Assembly: GCF_018977255.1 (NCBI RefSeq)
Contig: NW_024704771.1
Span: 3,658,155 to 3,722,000, forward strand
From: Callorhinchus milii
Lineage: Eukaryota
DNA length: 63,846 nt
Reading direction: 5' to 3'
The notes under the pieces are model-generated. The model made no database searches. It saw only the letters and a list, made by a program, of their open reading frames with translations, and had not been told where the DNA came from. The position numbers were made by a program, and so were the translations under genes. How positions within the stretch are numbered: the stretch's first letter is position 1; each line of letters starts with the position of its first letter. Below are positions 23,075 to 35,709 of the stretch, piece by piece.

Positions 23075-23610
23075 CTCCGGCCGCTCTGACTCTGGATCCT
23101 GACACAGCCCATCCCCGGCTAATCCTGTCTGAGGACCTGACCAGTGAGCGACGGACGGAGACAAACAGCAGCTGGTCCCCGACTCCCGGAAGAGGTGTAG
23201 TTACTGGCCCTTTGTCCTGGGATCTGAGGGCTTCACATCAGGGAGACATTACTGGGAGGTGCAGGTGGGCAACAAGACTGCGTGGATTGTGGAAGTGGCC
23301 AGAGAGTCCATCAACAGGAACAGCAACATCACATGGACACCAGAGGGTGAGGTCTGGGCTGTGGGATGGAGCCTATGAGGCTATGACGTCATCTTTCACC
23401 CGCCTGCGCCTGACAGTGAGACCCGGGAAGATCGGGGTTTTCCTGGATTATGAGGAGGGACAGGTGATAATTTACAACGCTGATAACATGTCTCATCTCC
23501 ACACTTTCACTCAAACTTTCCATGAGAAAGTTTATCCTCTCTTCAGTCCCTTGTTTGATTCTGAGAATCTGCCCAGTGACAGGTTAATCAGGAGAAAATT
23601 TCACTTATAA
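23075..23610 (+). pseudogene. TRIM relic, B30.2 exon with two compensating frameshifts
   Basis: PRY start and SPRY end are in one frame; [19 protein letters not shown] is in another frame. Confidence 0.85.
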
Positions 23611-23629
23611 CCATGAGGTATGGTTATCA

Positions 23630-24195
23630 CCCTGACACACACACCCCTGACACACACACCTCTGACACACACACCCCTGACACACACACCCCTAACCCTC
23701 ACCCCCTGACACACACACCCCTAACCCTCACCCCTGACACACACCCCTAACCCTCACCCCCTGACACACACACCCGACACACACACCCCTGACACACACA
23801 CCCCTAACCCTCACCCCTGACACACACACACACCCCTGACCCTCACCCCCTGACACACACACACACACCCCTGACCCTCACCCCCCGACACACACACCCC
23901 TAACCCTCACCCCTGACACACACCCCTAACCCTCACCCCCTGACACACACCCCTGACCCTCACCCCCTGACACACACACCCCTAACCCTCACCCCCCGAC
24001 ACACATACGCCTGACCCTCACCACCTGACACACCCCTAACTGTCACCCCCTGACCCTCACCCCCTGACACACACACCCCTGACCCTCACCACCTGACACA
24101 CACACCCCTAACCCTCACCCCCCCAACACACACACCCCTGACCTTCACCCCTGACCCTCACCCCCTGACCCTCACCCCCTGACCCTCACCCCCCG
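23630..24195. repeat. Minisatellite built from CCCTAA/CCCTCA/CCCTGA hexamers plus (CA)n
   Basis: Direct reading, e.g. CCCCTAACCCTCACCCCTGACACACAC. Confidence 0.85.
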
Positions 24196-24429
24196 GGGCT
24201 CATGGCCACACGGCCTCCGAGTTGGGAATGTCGGTGTTGGTGTAGAAAACCCCTTTGATGTGAAGCTGTTGATAGTCACAGATAATGATAATGTATTTGA
24301 TGTCATTATATTATACAATAAGTGATTGAATCTTCATTGAAAGGATTTGCCACTGAATATGTAATGTATATAACAGTATATGTGCCATTGCTGTTGACTA
24401 TATTGACTTTATACCATATTCTCACCAGT

Positions 24430-25030
24430 TGGGGCGGAGGTGTCAGAGGGACCGTCGCTCGAGCGCTTTTCTGCCCTTCGGCGCTTCTGGAATGTTCCCG
24501 CCCTCCCCCGCGCATGCGCACCTTCCCGAGTCAGGTCCCGGGCGGAAAAGCGCGGGAGCGCGGGACCGAGTGACGGTTGGAGACGGGACACAGCGCGCAC
24601 GCGCGGGAAGGCGGGGCCGCGCGAGACGGAGAGCGGCGGGAACAGTGCGCATGCGCCGACACCACGTGACAGCCCCCGCTGGGCGTCAGGACCCGAGAAG
24701 AGCGCGAGAGTCGGTAAGTGAGGAGCGGAGGACCGACCCCGCGCTCCCCCCCCGGACCCCAACACACACACACACACAGTGACCGCACACCGACACCACA
24801 CACTCCACACACCGGTGGGAGCCGCTGAAGGCGGGAAACGGGGCAGAGAAGAAGCGAAAAGGCTGTGACAGGACAGCGGAGCCGTCACCGCCCCTCACAC
24901 AGACTGACACACACAGCGGGAACGGGAGGCAGTGGCTCCGGACACGGCTCTGGGCCTGAGAGCCGCGGTCTGACCACCTGCCACAGGCGGGAAGTGTGTG
25001 AAGGGACACAGTGGCCGCCACACACAGCGG
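24430..25030 (+). promoter_or_regulatory. CpG-island promoter with a probable non-coding first exon
   Basis: High CpG density; NRF1-type GCGCATGCGC at 24510-24519 and 24647-24656; GC box GGCGGGGC; E-box CACGTG at 24663-24668; donor G|GTAAGT at 24714. Confidence 0.65.
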
Positions 25031-25099
25031 GTCCTGGGAGTCACTGTCTGACCACCTCAGTTTAACAACAAACGCTGAGACTCATCACCTTCTCCCCAT

Positions 25100-25660
25100 C
25101 CTCACCCCCACCCCCACCCAGTGCCTCACCCACACCCCACCCAGTGCCTCACCCCCACCCGCCTCACCCCCACCCAGTGCCTCACCCACACCCCCACCCA
25201 GTGCCACACCCACACCCAGTGCCTCACCCCCACCCACACCCAGTGCCTCACCCACACCCAGTGCCTCACCCCCACCCAGTGCCTCACCCTCACCCCCACC
25301 CACACCCAGTGCCTCACCTTAACCCCCACCCACACCCAGTGCCTCACCTTAACCCCCACCCACACCCAGTGCCTCACCCACACCCCACCCAGTGCCTCAC
25401 CCCCACCCAGTGCCTCACCCACACCCCCACCCAGTGCCTCACCCCACCCAGTGCCTCACCCCCACCCAGTGCCTCACCCCCACCCAGTGCCTCACCCCCA
25501 CCCACACCCAGTGCCTCACCCTCACCCACACCCAGTGCCTCACCCTCACCCCCACCCACACCCAGTGCCTCACCCTCACCCCCACCCAGTGCCTCACCCA
25601 CACCCAGTGCCTCACCCCCACCCAGTGCCTCACCCTCACCCAGTGCCTCACCCTCACCCA
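25100..25660. repeat. C-rich minisatellite (unit about CCCACCCAGTGCCTCACC)
   Basis: Direct tandem repetition. Confidence 0.92.
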
Positions 25661-26489
25661 CAGACAGAGCAACAACAAAAATGTTCAGATATCAGGAGCC
25701 TGAATACTCAATCCTGATGTTTATTGTGTGAAATGTTACCAAATATTGATGTTGCTCTGTGCAAATTGGCAGCCACGAATGCACCAGTCACTTTACGGTA
25801 AATCTTATGAAGCACTTTGACACTTCCACTCAATATGAAATGCAAGCTTTATTGTATTATTACAGATTATAGAAGATGACACTGAAAATACACATTGTTT
25901 ATACACAGTGGGACAAGGCTGCACACGAGAGTGCAACATGTCACCTACTTTACAGTGAGATACTGTGAGATTTTAGTGAGATTCTGAGCACAGCCCCAAG
26001 TGTGAGACTGGGCATTGCTGGAGAGAAAGGTATCAGCCGATATCCCAGTCTCAGAGCGTGTGAGCTCACACACTGGATGGAAAGTCAGATTCTCTCGGCA
26101 CAGGGATGAGCTGGTGATGAGGGTCACATGCAGACAGACAAAGGGTTGCATTTTGCTCAACACACTCAGTGTCGGGTTCCTCTGATGCTCTGAATGATCT
26201 CAATGTGGATCATTAAGCTGTGGCTTTGCTGGTGGCTGATTGAGCGGCTACAGTGGCTCAGTATTGACACTGGAATGTGCAGGTGTCGCGGCTGCTCAGT
26301 GACATTGGCCACAGACGGCGTTCCCTGCTCGGGATTCCCTGACCCCGCTCAGCCCCGCCCTTCACTTCCTGTCACAAACTCAGCTCCAAACTGGTGTGAG
26401 GAAACGCACAGAATCAAACACTCGGCATCATCCAAACCTCCAGGTTATAAAAGTCAAACAGAGAGAATGGCTGAGGATTTTCCTCCTCA

Positions 26490-27034
26490 TTAATCTGTCA
26501 CTGGGCAGATTCTCAGAAGCTCAGAGTTTTCCCCACCATAATTATGCCAGGGATTGAAGAGAGGATAAAGTTTCTCTTTGAAAGTTTGGGTGAAAGTGTG
26601 GAGATGAGACATGTTATCAGCGTTGTAAAATATCACCTGTCCCCCCTCGTAGTCCAGGTACACCCCGATCTTCCCGGGTCTCACTGTCAGGTTGAGGCGG
26701 GTGAGAGGTGACGTCATAGCCTTATAGTCTCCGTCCCACAGCCACACAGCCCAGAACCCACCTTCTGTTGCCTCTGTGATTGCTTGTTTCCTGTTGATGG
26801 ACTCTCTGGCTACTCCCACAATCCACGCAGTCTTGTTGCCCACCTGCACCTCCCAGTAATGTCTCCCTGATGTGAAGCCCTCAGATCCCAGGACAATGAG
26901 ATAGTAACTAAACCTCTTTGGGGTGTCAGTGAGCTGCTGCTGACATTTGTCTCCGCATCGCACACTGGTCAGGTCCTCAGACAGGATGAGTCGGGGATGG
27001 GCTGTGTCAGGATCCAGAGTCAGAGAGGCCGGAG
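26490..27034 (-). CDS. Butyrophilin-like gene B, terminal B30.2 exon
   Basis: Same motifs as gene A; CAG acceptor, phase 1; 545 nt open to TAA. Confidence 0.92.
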
Positions 27035-27164
27035 CTGAGAGAGAGAGAAATAACACAAAGTGAAGTGAGGGGGAAATCCACAAATTTAGACTTTGTGTAC
27101 AAAAACTACACCTGGAAACAAAGGTCCAGTGTGTGCGGTGGGGGAGTTGTGTGGGTGGGGAGAG

Positions 27165-29440
27165 GGTATCAACCAGGGAACAGGCGATCCTGGGTCTTGT
27201 TTTATGTAATGAAATAGGGTTAATCAGCAATCTGGAAGTTAAGGCTCCTCCTCGAGGGCAGAGTGACCATAACATGATGGAATTTAGCATTAAGTTAGAG
27301 AGTGCTGTTAAGTCCGAAGCAAGGGTCTTAAATTTAAATAGAGCCAACTTTGCAGCTATTAGATTAAAGGATATGACAGTAGACCAGTAATGGTAAATCT
27401 TTAAAGATACAGTACATATTTCCCAGCGATCACATATTCCCTTGAGGAAAAAAGTACCACAGGAAAAATGGTTCAACCATGGCTAACTAGAGCAGAATAA
27501 AATTAAGAGAGCAGTAAACCTGAAGATTGGGAGGGCTTCAATGACCAACAAAGAAAGACTAAGAAACTGATTAGGAAGGAGAAAATGGATTTTGAGGGCA
27601 AACTCGCGAGGAATATAAAGACACACTGCAAGAGAGGATAAAGAGGAAGAGACTAACAAAAGTGAATGTTTGTCCAATACAGGCAGAGACAGGAGGAATT
27701 ATAATGGGGGGAAAAGATATGGCAGAGCCATTAAACAAATACTTTGCTTCTGTCTTCACATTAGAAGACACTGAAAACCTACCAAAAATAGAGGGGAACC
27801 AAGAGGCTAATGTTAGTGAGCAACTTAGGGAAATCAACATCAGTAAAGAATTAGTACTATGGAAAGTGTTGGGATTGAAAAATGACAAATCCCCTGGACC
27901 TGATGGTCTGCATCTTAGGGGTTTAAAAGAGGTGGCTACTGAGATAGTGGATGCCTTGTTTTTGAACTTCCAGAATTCTCTGGATTCTGGAACGATTCCC
28001 ATTGGTCGGAAGATCGCAAACGTAACACCACTATTTAAGAAGAGTGGGGGAGAGAAGATGGGGAACTATAGACCAGTCAGTCTGACATCGATGGGAGCAA
28101 AAATTCTCGAATCTTCAATTGGGGACTTCGTAGTAGTGTACTTAGAGGACCATAAAATGATTAGGCAGAGTCAAAATGGCTTTACAAAAGGGAAGTCACG
28201 CTTAACAAATATTTTAGAGTTTTTTGAGGATGTAACTAGCAGGTTAGATAGGCGGGAACCAGTAGATTATAATATATTTAGATTTTGAGAAGGCATTCAA
28301 CAAGGTCCCACATAAAAGGCTGCCACACTAGATGATGGCACATGGAATTAAAGGCAATATATTAGCATGGATCAAAGAGTGGCTAACGGGAAGAAAACAG
28401 AGTAGGGATAAATGGGTCCTTCTCAGCTTGGCAGGATCATTACTTGGGCCTCAACTATTTACAATCTATATCAATGATCTAGACGAGAACATAGAACTTA
28501 AAATATCTAAATGCGTGGATGATACTAAGCTAGGTGGGAGAGTAAACTCTGCGGAAGACACAAAAAGATTGCAAAGGGATTATAGATAGGCTAGGGTGAG
28601 TGGGCAAGAAGGTGGCAGATGGAATATAATGTGGGGAGGTATGAAGTTATTCACTTAGGTAGTTAAAAACAGAAAAGCAGATTATTTTCTTGAAGGGGAG
28701 GGAGGGATCTGAGGGATTTGAGTGTCCTTGTACACTAGTCACAAAATGTTAGTATGCAGGTACAGCAAGCAACGAGGAAGGCTAATGGCTTGTTGGCGTT
28801 TATTGCAAAAGGGTTAGAATACAAGAGTAGAGAAGTCTTGCTGCAACTGCATAAGGCCTTGGTGAGATCTCATCTAGAATATTTTGTGCAGTCTTGGCCT
28901 CCTTATTCAAGAAAGGACATAGAGGGGAAAGGACATAGAGGGGGTGCAACGTAGATTCACTAGGTTAGTTCCTGGGATGAGGGGGTTGACCTATGAGGCT
29001 AGGTTGAGTAAACTAGGCCTATATTCTCCAGAATATAGAAGATTTAGGTGTGATCTTGTAGAAACTTATAAGATTCTTATGGGGCTTGACAGAGTAAAAG
29101 TACATAATAATTCTTCCATTTGATATAGCGCTTTTCACGTCTTCTAAACGTCTCAAAGAACTTCACAGAATATGAATTCACAAAAGTGAATTTACTGTAA
29201 ATTTGTGGGAGAAACACGGCAGCCAATTGCGCCAATTTGTATCCCACAAATAGTCATGGATTGAAGTGACCAATTTATTATTGTTTTTTTCTTGAGAGAT
29301 TATTATCAGACGTAATAATTAGCAATTAGTAGACAGTGCGAGACCATTTCCCCTGGTAGGTGAATCTAGAACTAGGGGTCACAGTCTTAAGATTAAGGGT
29401 CAGTCTTTTCAAATAGAGGAAACACTACTCAGAGTGTAGT
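27165..29440 (+). mobile_element. CR1-type LINE ORF2 fragment (RT), degenerate, with a SINE inserted at about 29100-29310
   Basis: KSPGPDG, NVTPLFKK, GNYRPVSLTS, GFTKGKS.LTN..EFFE.VT and LGPQLFTIYINDLD motifs, broken by stops and frameshifts; absent from the gene A intron. Confidence 0.92.
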
Positions 29441-29603
29441 GAATTTCAGTATAAATTCCAGTATTACTGTGCTCATTCTACACGTCACTGACCAGTCGGT
29501 AACAGATTGCAGGAGTTCCATTCAGACCCTCAGTCCCAGTGATTAGCAATGAAGGCGACAGGTTTATGTGAATATTATGTTCTCTGGTTACTGAGACTCT
29601 TAC

Positions 29604-29630
29604 CTGCACAGTGGGTAAGCTTTCTCCTGT
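29604..29630 (-). CDS. BTN-like gene B, 27-nt microexon
   Basis: Identical to 13453-13479, with the same splice sites. Confidence 0.75.
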
Positions 29631-29749
29631 CTGGAAACAAGAAGAAAGAAGAGGTGATCAGGTCAGCGCTACACGGCTCTGTTTAACTTAATTCCACGTT
29701 ACCCCACCCACAGATTTTAATGTGTCAGAGGCTGAATATTAAATAAGTG

Positions 29750-30290
29750 AAGATTTTTTTTACACAAATAGGAGCGAGGTGTATGGTGGAGGGACTGTGG
29801 GATGGAGTTCCAGAGAATGGGGTCAGAGAGGCAGAAGGCCAGCCAACCAATGGTGGGGTGGGCGAGACGGGGAGCGCAAGGCCATGGAGGGCTTTGAAAG
29901 TGCGGAACAGAATCTTGAACTGTATCCTCTGTGTGATGGGAAACCCGTGGAGTCGGGCGAGAATGGAGGTGATAGGGTCACTGAGCCTGATTTGGTAGAG
30001 GACACAGGCTGCAGAGTTCTGGATGATCTGCAGCCTATGAAGGGAGGAGTTGGGGAGGTCGACAAGCGGGGAGTTTGCATAGTCGCACACTGATGTTATG
30101 AATGCGTGTATGAGACTCTCAGCAGCCTGTGGTGTGAGACAGTTGCGGAGCCGGGCCATGTTGCTGAGGTGGGGGAAGGCAGAGCAGGATATGGCACAGA
30201 TGTTGGGTAGAAAGGATAGTTGGGCTCAAATAAGATGCCAAGGATCTGGACTGGCTTAGCAAGGTGGAGTGTGTATCCTTGGATGGTGAG
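29750..30290 (-). mobile_element. L2 LINE fragment
   Basis: AAESLIHAFITS..DYANS, LQIIQNSAA, HGFPITQRIQFKIL. Confidence 0.8.
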
Positions 30291-31789
30291 GAAATGAAAT
30301 GAGGAAAGGATGTCATGTCAGAGGAGGGAACACTGGCAAACTACGTCTGTCGCACAATTAAAATTCATACAATAATCAAACGAGTTGGAAGAGTTCAGGA
30401 CTGAAACAGAAATGAGATGTGAGGGACCTAGAGTTAAAAAAAAAGACAGAAACAGACCGAAGTCAAACAGTGGTTAACTATCAAATACCAGATTGATAGG
30501 GGAGAAAAGAAACAATCGTATATGAAATAAAGGGATTCCTGCAAAAGCTTTGGATGAGAAATGACATAATATCTGTCAAAATAACAGATAATATTTTTCC
30601 AATGCTAAACACAGGCAGTTTAGAGAATTCGCACAGGTGTCATTCCATCACATTGTTTCGTTGCCTCACTCCATGTCATTGTCTTTAACTCTTTCTTGCC
30701 TTTGAGTCTCTCTAACTTTGGCCGTCTTCTAATGTTCACAGTTGATTATAGTTATAATTATAATTACAGTTAATGTATACTTTTCTCTCTGTCTCTCTAT
30801 GTAGCTTTCTCTGTGTCGCCTCTCTAACTGTTCAGTTAATTAACATTGACCTCTCTCGGTCTTGTCTCTCTGCTGGTTTATGATTGTGTGAAACACATTT
30901 CACAGTAAATATAATTATTTGGCGATGTGATGATCTGATAATCTGACAAAACGCTGATTGTTGATTCAGGTAAAAATCGGTTAATCTGGACAGAATGTCT
31001 CGCTGGTCACCACTGTGTCCACTCACTCGCCGCAAGAGTCTCCGGGATGGAGATGATTGTGGCTGAATGACAGTGGCCTCCAACCATTCACGAGTGAGGT
31101 GAGGCGGAGGAATGGGGAGAGAATGGGAGGAGTCAAATTGGGATTGATTGCTGATGGGAACGTTGATTAACTTTGGACGCCACATAAACCGGACAAAACG
31201 TCTAGTCCCGATGGGCCTGGTTTAAGCGGCTCCTCCTGTATGTCAATGAGATTGCTCAACAACAGAAACAGTTGGTTGGTTTTGCTTACCCAGTCTTAGC
31301 TGAAGAGCTGTTGAATAAAAACAAATTGTTACCACCGAAAAATGATTGGAGCAGCGACAAACATTCTGAATATTGCATTATGGTGATGAATAATCTGCAT
31401 CTTTACAACTTTAACCAACGTCAGCAAATACAACTCAACAGTTCACTACAATTCACCCGGGCTCTCACCTCCGAGTCAGAAGGTTGTGGGTTGAAGCCGC
31501 TGGTCAGAGACTTTCCCCACCTCCATAACATCACCCACTTCCACCACAACCTCCCACCACAGGCCGTTGAGACCCTAATCCACGCATTCATCACGTCCAG
31601 TCCAGATTACACCAACTCTCTGCTGCTGCACTATCTGCCTGTTCCCTTCACTGACTGGAACTCTGCAGCTCATGTCCTTTCCCTTCCTGGAGCCCCTTCC
31701 TGGAGCCCCTTCCTTAGCTACCTTCAAAATCCATCTCAAGACCTTCCTCTTTCACCGTATGTTCAGCCTCTAAACTGGGGATGTGTGGG

Positions 31790-32060
31790 ATGCTGTGTTG
31801 TGCTCTCCATCAGGTGAGAATTAAACCGAGGCCCCATCTGCCTGTTCAGACAGAGGTTAAAGATGCCATTGAACTAATTGAAAAGATAAGGGAGTTTGGG
31901 CCAGTGTCCTGGCCGATAATTCCCCAAATAAAAAAATTGATCAATCATTTTATGGCTGTTTGTGGGATGTTGCTGTACGCAAATTAGCTCCTGCATTTGA
32001 CTACATCACACTCAGTCACTGCAATTTACAGTGTATCCTGTGAAATGCTTTGCGACGTCT
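31790..32060 (+). mobile_element. Older DeuSINE/SacSINE1-like copy
   Basis: TTAAACCGAGGCCCCATCTGCC...AAAGATGCCAT...GCTGTTTGTGGGATGTTGCTGT; recognised from memory, needs a Dfam/Repbase check. Confidence 0.5.
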
Positions 32061-32458
32061 TCCTTTCGTGAAATTGATTATTATTGATAACAATTACTTG
32101 TACCTCATTCACAATTAATTTTCATCTTATGTATAGAACATGTTATGTAGAGAAAGATGAAGACAGATATATAGAATATACACATACATATAGATGGGGG
32201 GGAAAGGGTTATTACCATAAACTGACAACATACAAAAAACACACCCGTTATTGCCATGAGCTAACCCCTCGCTCTGTCTCTGTGGTTTGTGAACTAGATT
32301 AGAATGATCCGTTGTTATTAGATAAACCTCTGACCCACACATTCACGTAAAACTTTACCAGCTATTCTATATCAAAATTGATAAAATATAAAATATTTTT
32401 ACATGAAAACAAACTGTTCTCTGACTTGTGATGAGAGTCGTTACTGGTGGGAACGTAC

Positions 32459-32578
32459 CTTTAATCGCTCGGTGCTGTTTTACGCCATAATTGACAAGAA
32501 AACTCAGCACCAATATGGCAAGTCCTAAGAACACTGAGGAAACCACCAAACCCACTGGCACTTTGGGAAAGAACTCAT
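32459..32578 (-). CDS. BTN-like gene B, transmembrane exon (DEFFPKVPVGLVVSSVFLGLAILVLSFLVNYGVKQHRAIK)
   Basis: 120 nt, phase 1-1, paralogous to 16062-16181. Confidence 0.88.
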
Positions 32579-33499
32579 CTGTCGAGAAATGTAAAGAGAC
32601 ATTTAAACATCTATTCTGATATCAAACTACAAATGCTTATGTGACTGTTTTACACACAACACAAACCTCTCACATGCTACACTTATCTCTGTCCTGCTAA
32701 TAGCAATGTCACATCTCTCTGTTACATGAATCTATTTCATTGGTTTCATCATCTCGGGTGGTGTGGGGGGGAAATAGACATTATAAATCACCCAAAGTTC
32801 ATTATCCGAATTTATCACAGTGTTAAACTCACGGCTACAATTAACAACAAAAAATATATATTTGTATAATGCCTTTCACCTCAGGAGAATGTCCAAGGAG
32901 CTGGACAGTTAGTGTTTCGGACCCGAACTGGGGGTCAGCATTGGAGTTGGTGGAGGACAGGGGGGAAGCAGAATGTTCGAAAGCACGGTCAAAGAGGAGG
33001 GTCTTGAAGGAGGTAAGAAATAGGGCAAGGCGGAGGGACAGAAAGCTCGCCCGCCAGTGGTGGGGCGGGCGATGCGGGGGATGTGAAGCGGAGGGAGCAC
33101 ACAAGTTGGTACGGGGTTAGGAGGTCGCAGAGTTAAGGGGGAGCAAGGCCATGGAGGGCTTTGAAGGTGAGGACCAGGACCTTGAACTGCATCCTTTGTG
33201 TGATGAGAAACAAGTGGAGTTGGGCAAGGATGGGGTTGATAGGGTCGTGGTGCGTCAGAAGATGGGTTGCAGAGTACTGGATGATTTGCAGCCTATGGAG
33301 GGAGTCACTGGACACATTGACGAAACAGGTTGGTACTGCAATGGAAGGTGGTGGGTTTGGCATTTTGAGAAGATGAGATCAAACAGACAGAATGGTTTTC
33401 TTCATCTCAAATAATCTTGTATTCATTTGATGTGTTGCACAACTCAGCGACACATCTATCAGATTCTCACTAATATTTCAGGCTGATGTGGTCACTGAC

Positions 33500-33781
33500 C
33501 TGAGATTTGGAGATTTCCTTCTTGCTCATCTCTCAGTAACTTGCTGCGAATCAGACACCTGATCTTGTTGGTAGAATAATTTATTTCTATTTCACTTTGA
33601 ATATTGAGGAAACCCTCAGAATCCTTTCTAACTGTCAAGTTACTGAGTGTTGTTAAGTTGTTTCCCTGCACATCAACCCACAGAACTTCTGGTGCTGGGA
33701 ACCATCCATTGGATTCACACAGTAGCCTCACACCACCATTGTGGTGACCATCAACACGAACCAAAGGCTGACTGCCAAGAC
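33500..33781 (-). CDS. BTN-like gene B, IgC exon
   Basis: 282 nt, phase 1-1, both Cys present (LLCES, KIRCLI). Confidence 0.9.
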
Positions 33782-33930
33782 CTTGAAGGAAGCAGAAAAA
33801 TGTGAATCAAATATGCAATAAACAAGAATATAAAAAAGTTCTTGTTTGCAATTTGCTACACAAAATAATTTACAATTAATGATATTTACTCATATGTTAC
33901 ACATAATAAAAAGATCTAAACATTACTGAC

Positions 33931-34278
33931 TTGTAATCTGCAATTGTATATCTGCTTCATCATGCAATCCATCGTAGTCAACGTAACATGTAAAGGTTCC
34001 ATTATCTGATCCCCGCACATCTCGCAGTCTGAGAGACACATTGCCGTTCATAATCTCCTCTATAAACAGTTGTGTCCTGTGTCTGTAGGCTGTATCCTGC
34101 TCACTTGGCTGATCATGTCCCTCACTGTATAGATACACAGGGGAGTCGAATCTAGTCCTGAACCATCTCACCTCCAGACGCTCTAGTGACAGATGTGTAG
34201 AACACTTACAGTCCAGGACAACATCCGAACCAGCAGTGGCTGGGACAGGGTGGTCAGGGCCACTGACTGTGAATCTCT
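33931..34278 (-). CDS. BTN-like gene B, IgV exon
   Basis: 348 nt, phase 1-1, paralogous to 18777-19124. Confidence 0.92.
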
Positions 34279-35074
34279 CTGTGAATGCCTCTGGTTAATA
34301 ACAAACAATGGACACAATTAGGATTTTCAGAATCAAACTGACTCCGACAAACTCTGTCAATAGACAGTCACTCATGTTAGCAGTGTTAGGATACTCAGAG
34401 AAACCTCAGCAAATCTCTCAAACTGCCTGGTCAGGTTAGCCCATCAGGTGATGTCTCTCACAGGTTGGAAGGGTTGGAGACATCGGCTGTAGATTCACCT
34501 GAAGCCAAAGTTTGCACATAGCGTCTGTTACAGACAGAGAAGCAACAATACAATAAGCAGCTCATCGAGTCTGTGACAATATTTAAAGTCTTATGTGATA
34601 ATTTTCATACATTAAAAGAGGGAAATCAACAGAGTCCAATACAGAATTACATTTGTACAGTGCCTTTCACGTCGGGAGGACATCTCAAGGTGCTGGACAG
34701 TCAGGGATTTGGACCCGAATGGGCGGGGTGTGTGGAGGTGTAAGGGAGGGTGGAGGGCAGGGTGGTGGGTAGGAGGGTGGGCGAAGGCACAGTCGAAGAG
34801 GAGGGTCTTGATACGTGCCTTGAAGAAGGCAAGGGAGGGAACGAGAGGAAGAGACAGAGAAGGATGGAGTTCCAATGGATGGGGGCGCAGAGAGGCAGGT
34901 CACAGACGTAGGAGCGGGAAAGGCCAATGTCATGTCTGAAGACTGAGGGAGAACATTAGCAGCTCTCAGTGTGTGAATCACACTCACTCACAGCCACTGC
35001 CTTCAGCCGCTCTCCCTTTAGCTTCAGCAATTTAACACCAACAGAAATCAAACAGATTCAATGTGTTTCCTTAC

Positions 35075-35132
35075 CAGTCAGTGAGAGGGGAAGCACAAGC
35101 CACAGGACCTGAATACCGTGTTTCCAGCTCAT
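35075..35132 (-). CDS. BTN-like gene B, signal peptide exon
   Basis: 58 nt, MSWKHGIQVLWLVLPLSLT, donor GTAAGG. Confidence 0.85.
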
Positions 35133-35389
35133 CTTCTCGGGCCTTCACAATGAGATCAGAACTGGTCATAACATAGAAAATTAGGTAATTACACACAGAG
35201 ATTTGTGATCAAACAGAATTAATAAAAATATGACACATCATTAATTATTCTGATCTTAGAACATGTACTTTGCTTTTACAGACAAGCAGCAAGAAATTCC
35301 CTTCTCTTTTGTAATATTGTTATGGGATCTTTAACTGTGACACTGAGGCTCTACCGAGCCCTGCCCTGGGAGAACTCATGAGGTACATA

Positions 35390-35709
35390 ATAATAATAAT
35401 AATAATCCTTGCATTTGAAAAAGCGCTTTTCACGTCGGGAGGACGTCCCAAAGCGCTTCACAGAACACACTGTAAAGCGAATTGACTGTATATTTGTGGG
35501 TGAACGCGGCAGCCAATTGCGCACAGCAATGCCCCGCAAACAGTCGTAGATTGAAAATGACCTATTTATTATTGTTTTTGGTTTTGGAGGGATTATTATT
35601 AGGTGTGTGAAGTAAGGAAACTTGCCCCAAGGTTTGGCCCTCTGCCTGGAATTGAACTCAGGCCTCTCGCTTGCAAAGCGAGTGCTCTAACCGCTGGGCT
35701 ACGGGACTA
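35390..35709 (-). mobile_element. Young-subfamily tRNA-Ala SINE
   Basis: Near-identical to 13570-13900. Confidence 0.9.

Noticed and set aside
25085-25731. PHPHPV / TQCLT / VRHW repeat ORFs and a CRISPR-like appearance
   Set aside because: Minisatellite open in several frames on both strands, with no unique spacers; eukaryotic context with no cas genes
27035-27476. N-terminal extension of the 328-aa B30.2 ORF
   Set aside because: Intron and antisense CR1 sequence upstream of the true acceptor at 27035
27662-28954. Reverse transcriptase ORFs as a functional gene
   Set aside because: CR1 fragment with multiple stops and frameshifts
32816-32855. RSS-like CACAGTG-24-ACAAAAAAT
   Set aside because: Spacer is 24 nt, the nonamer comes from a repeat tail, it is not conserved in the gene A paralogue, and no V/J segment is adjacent
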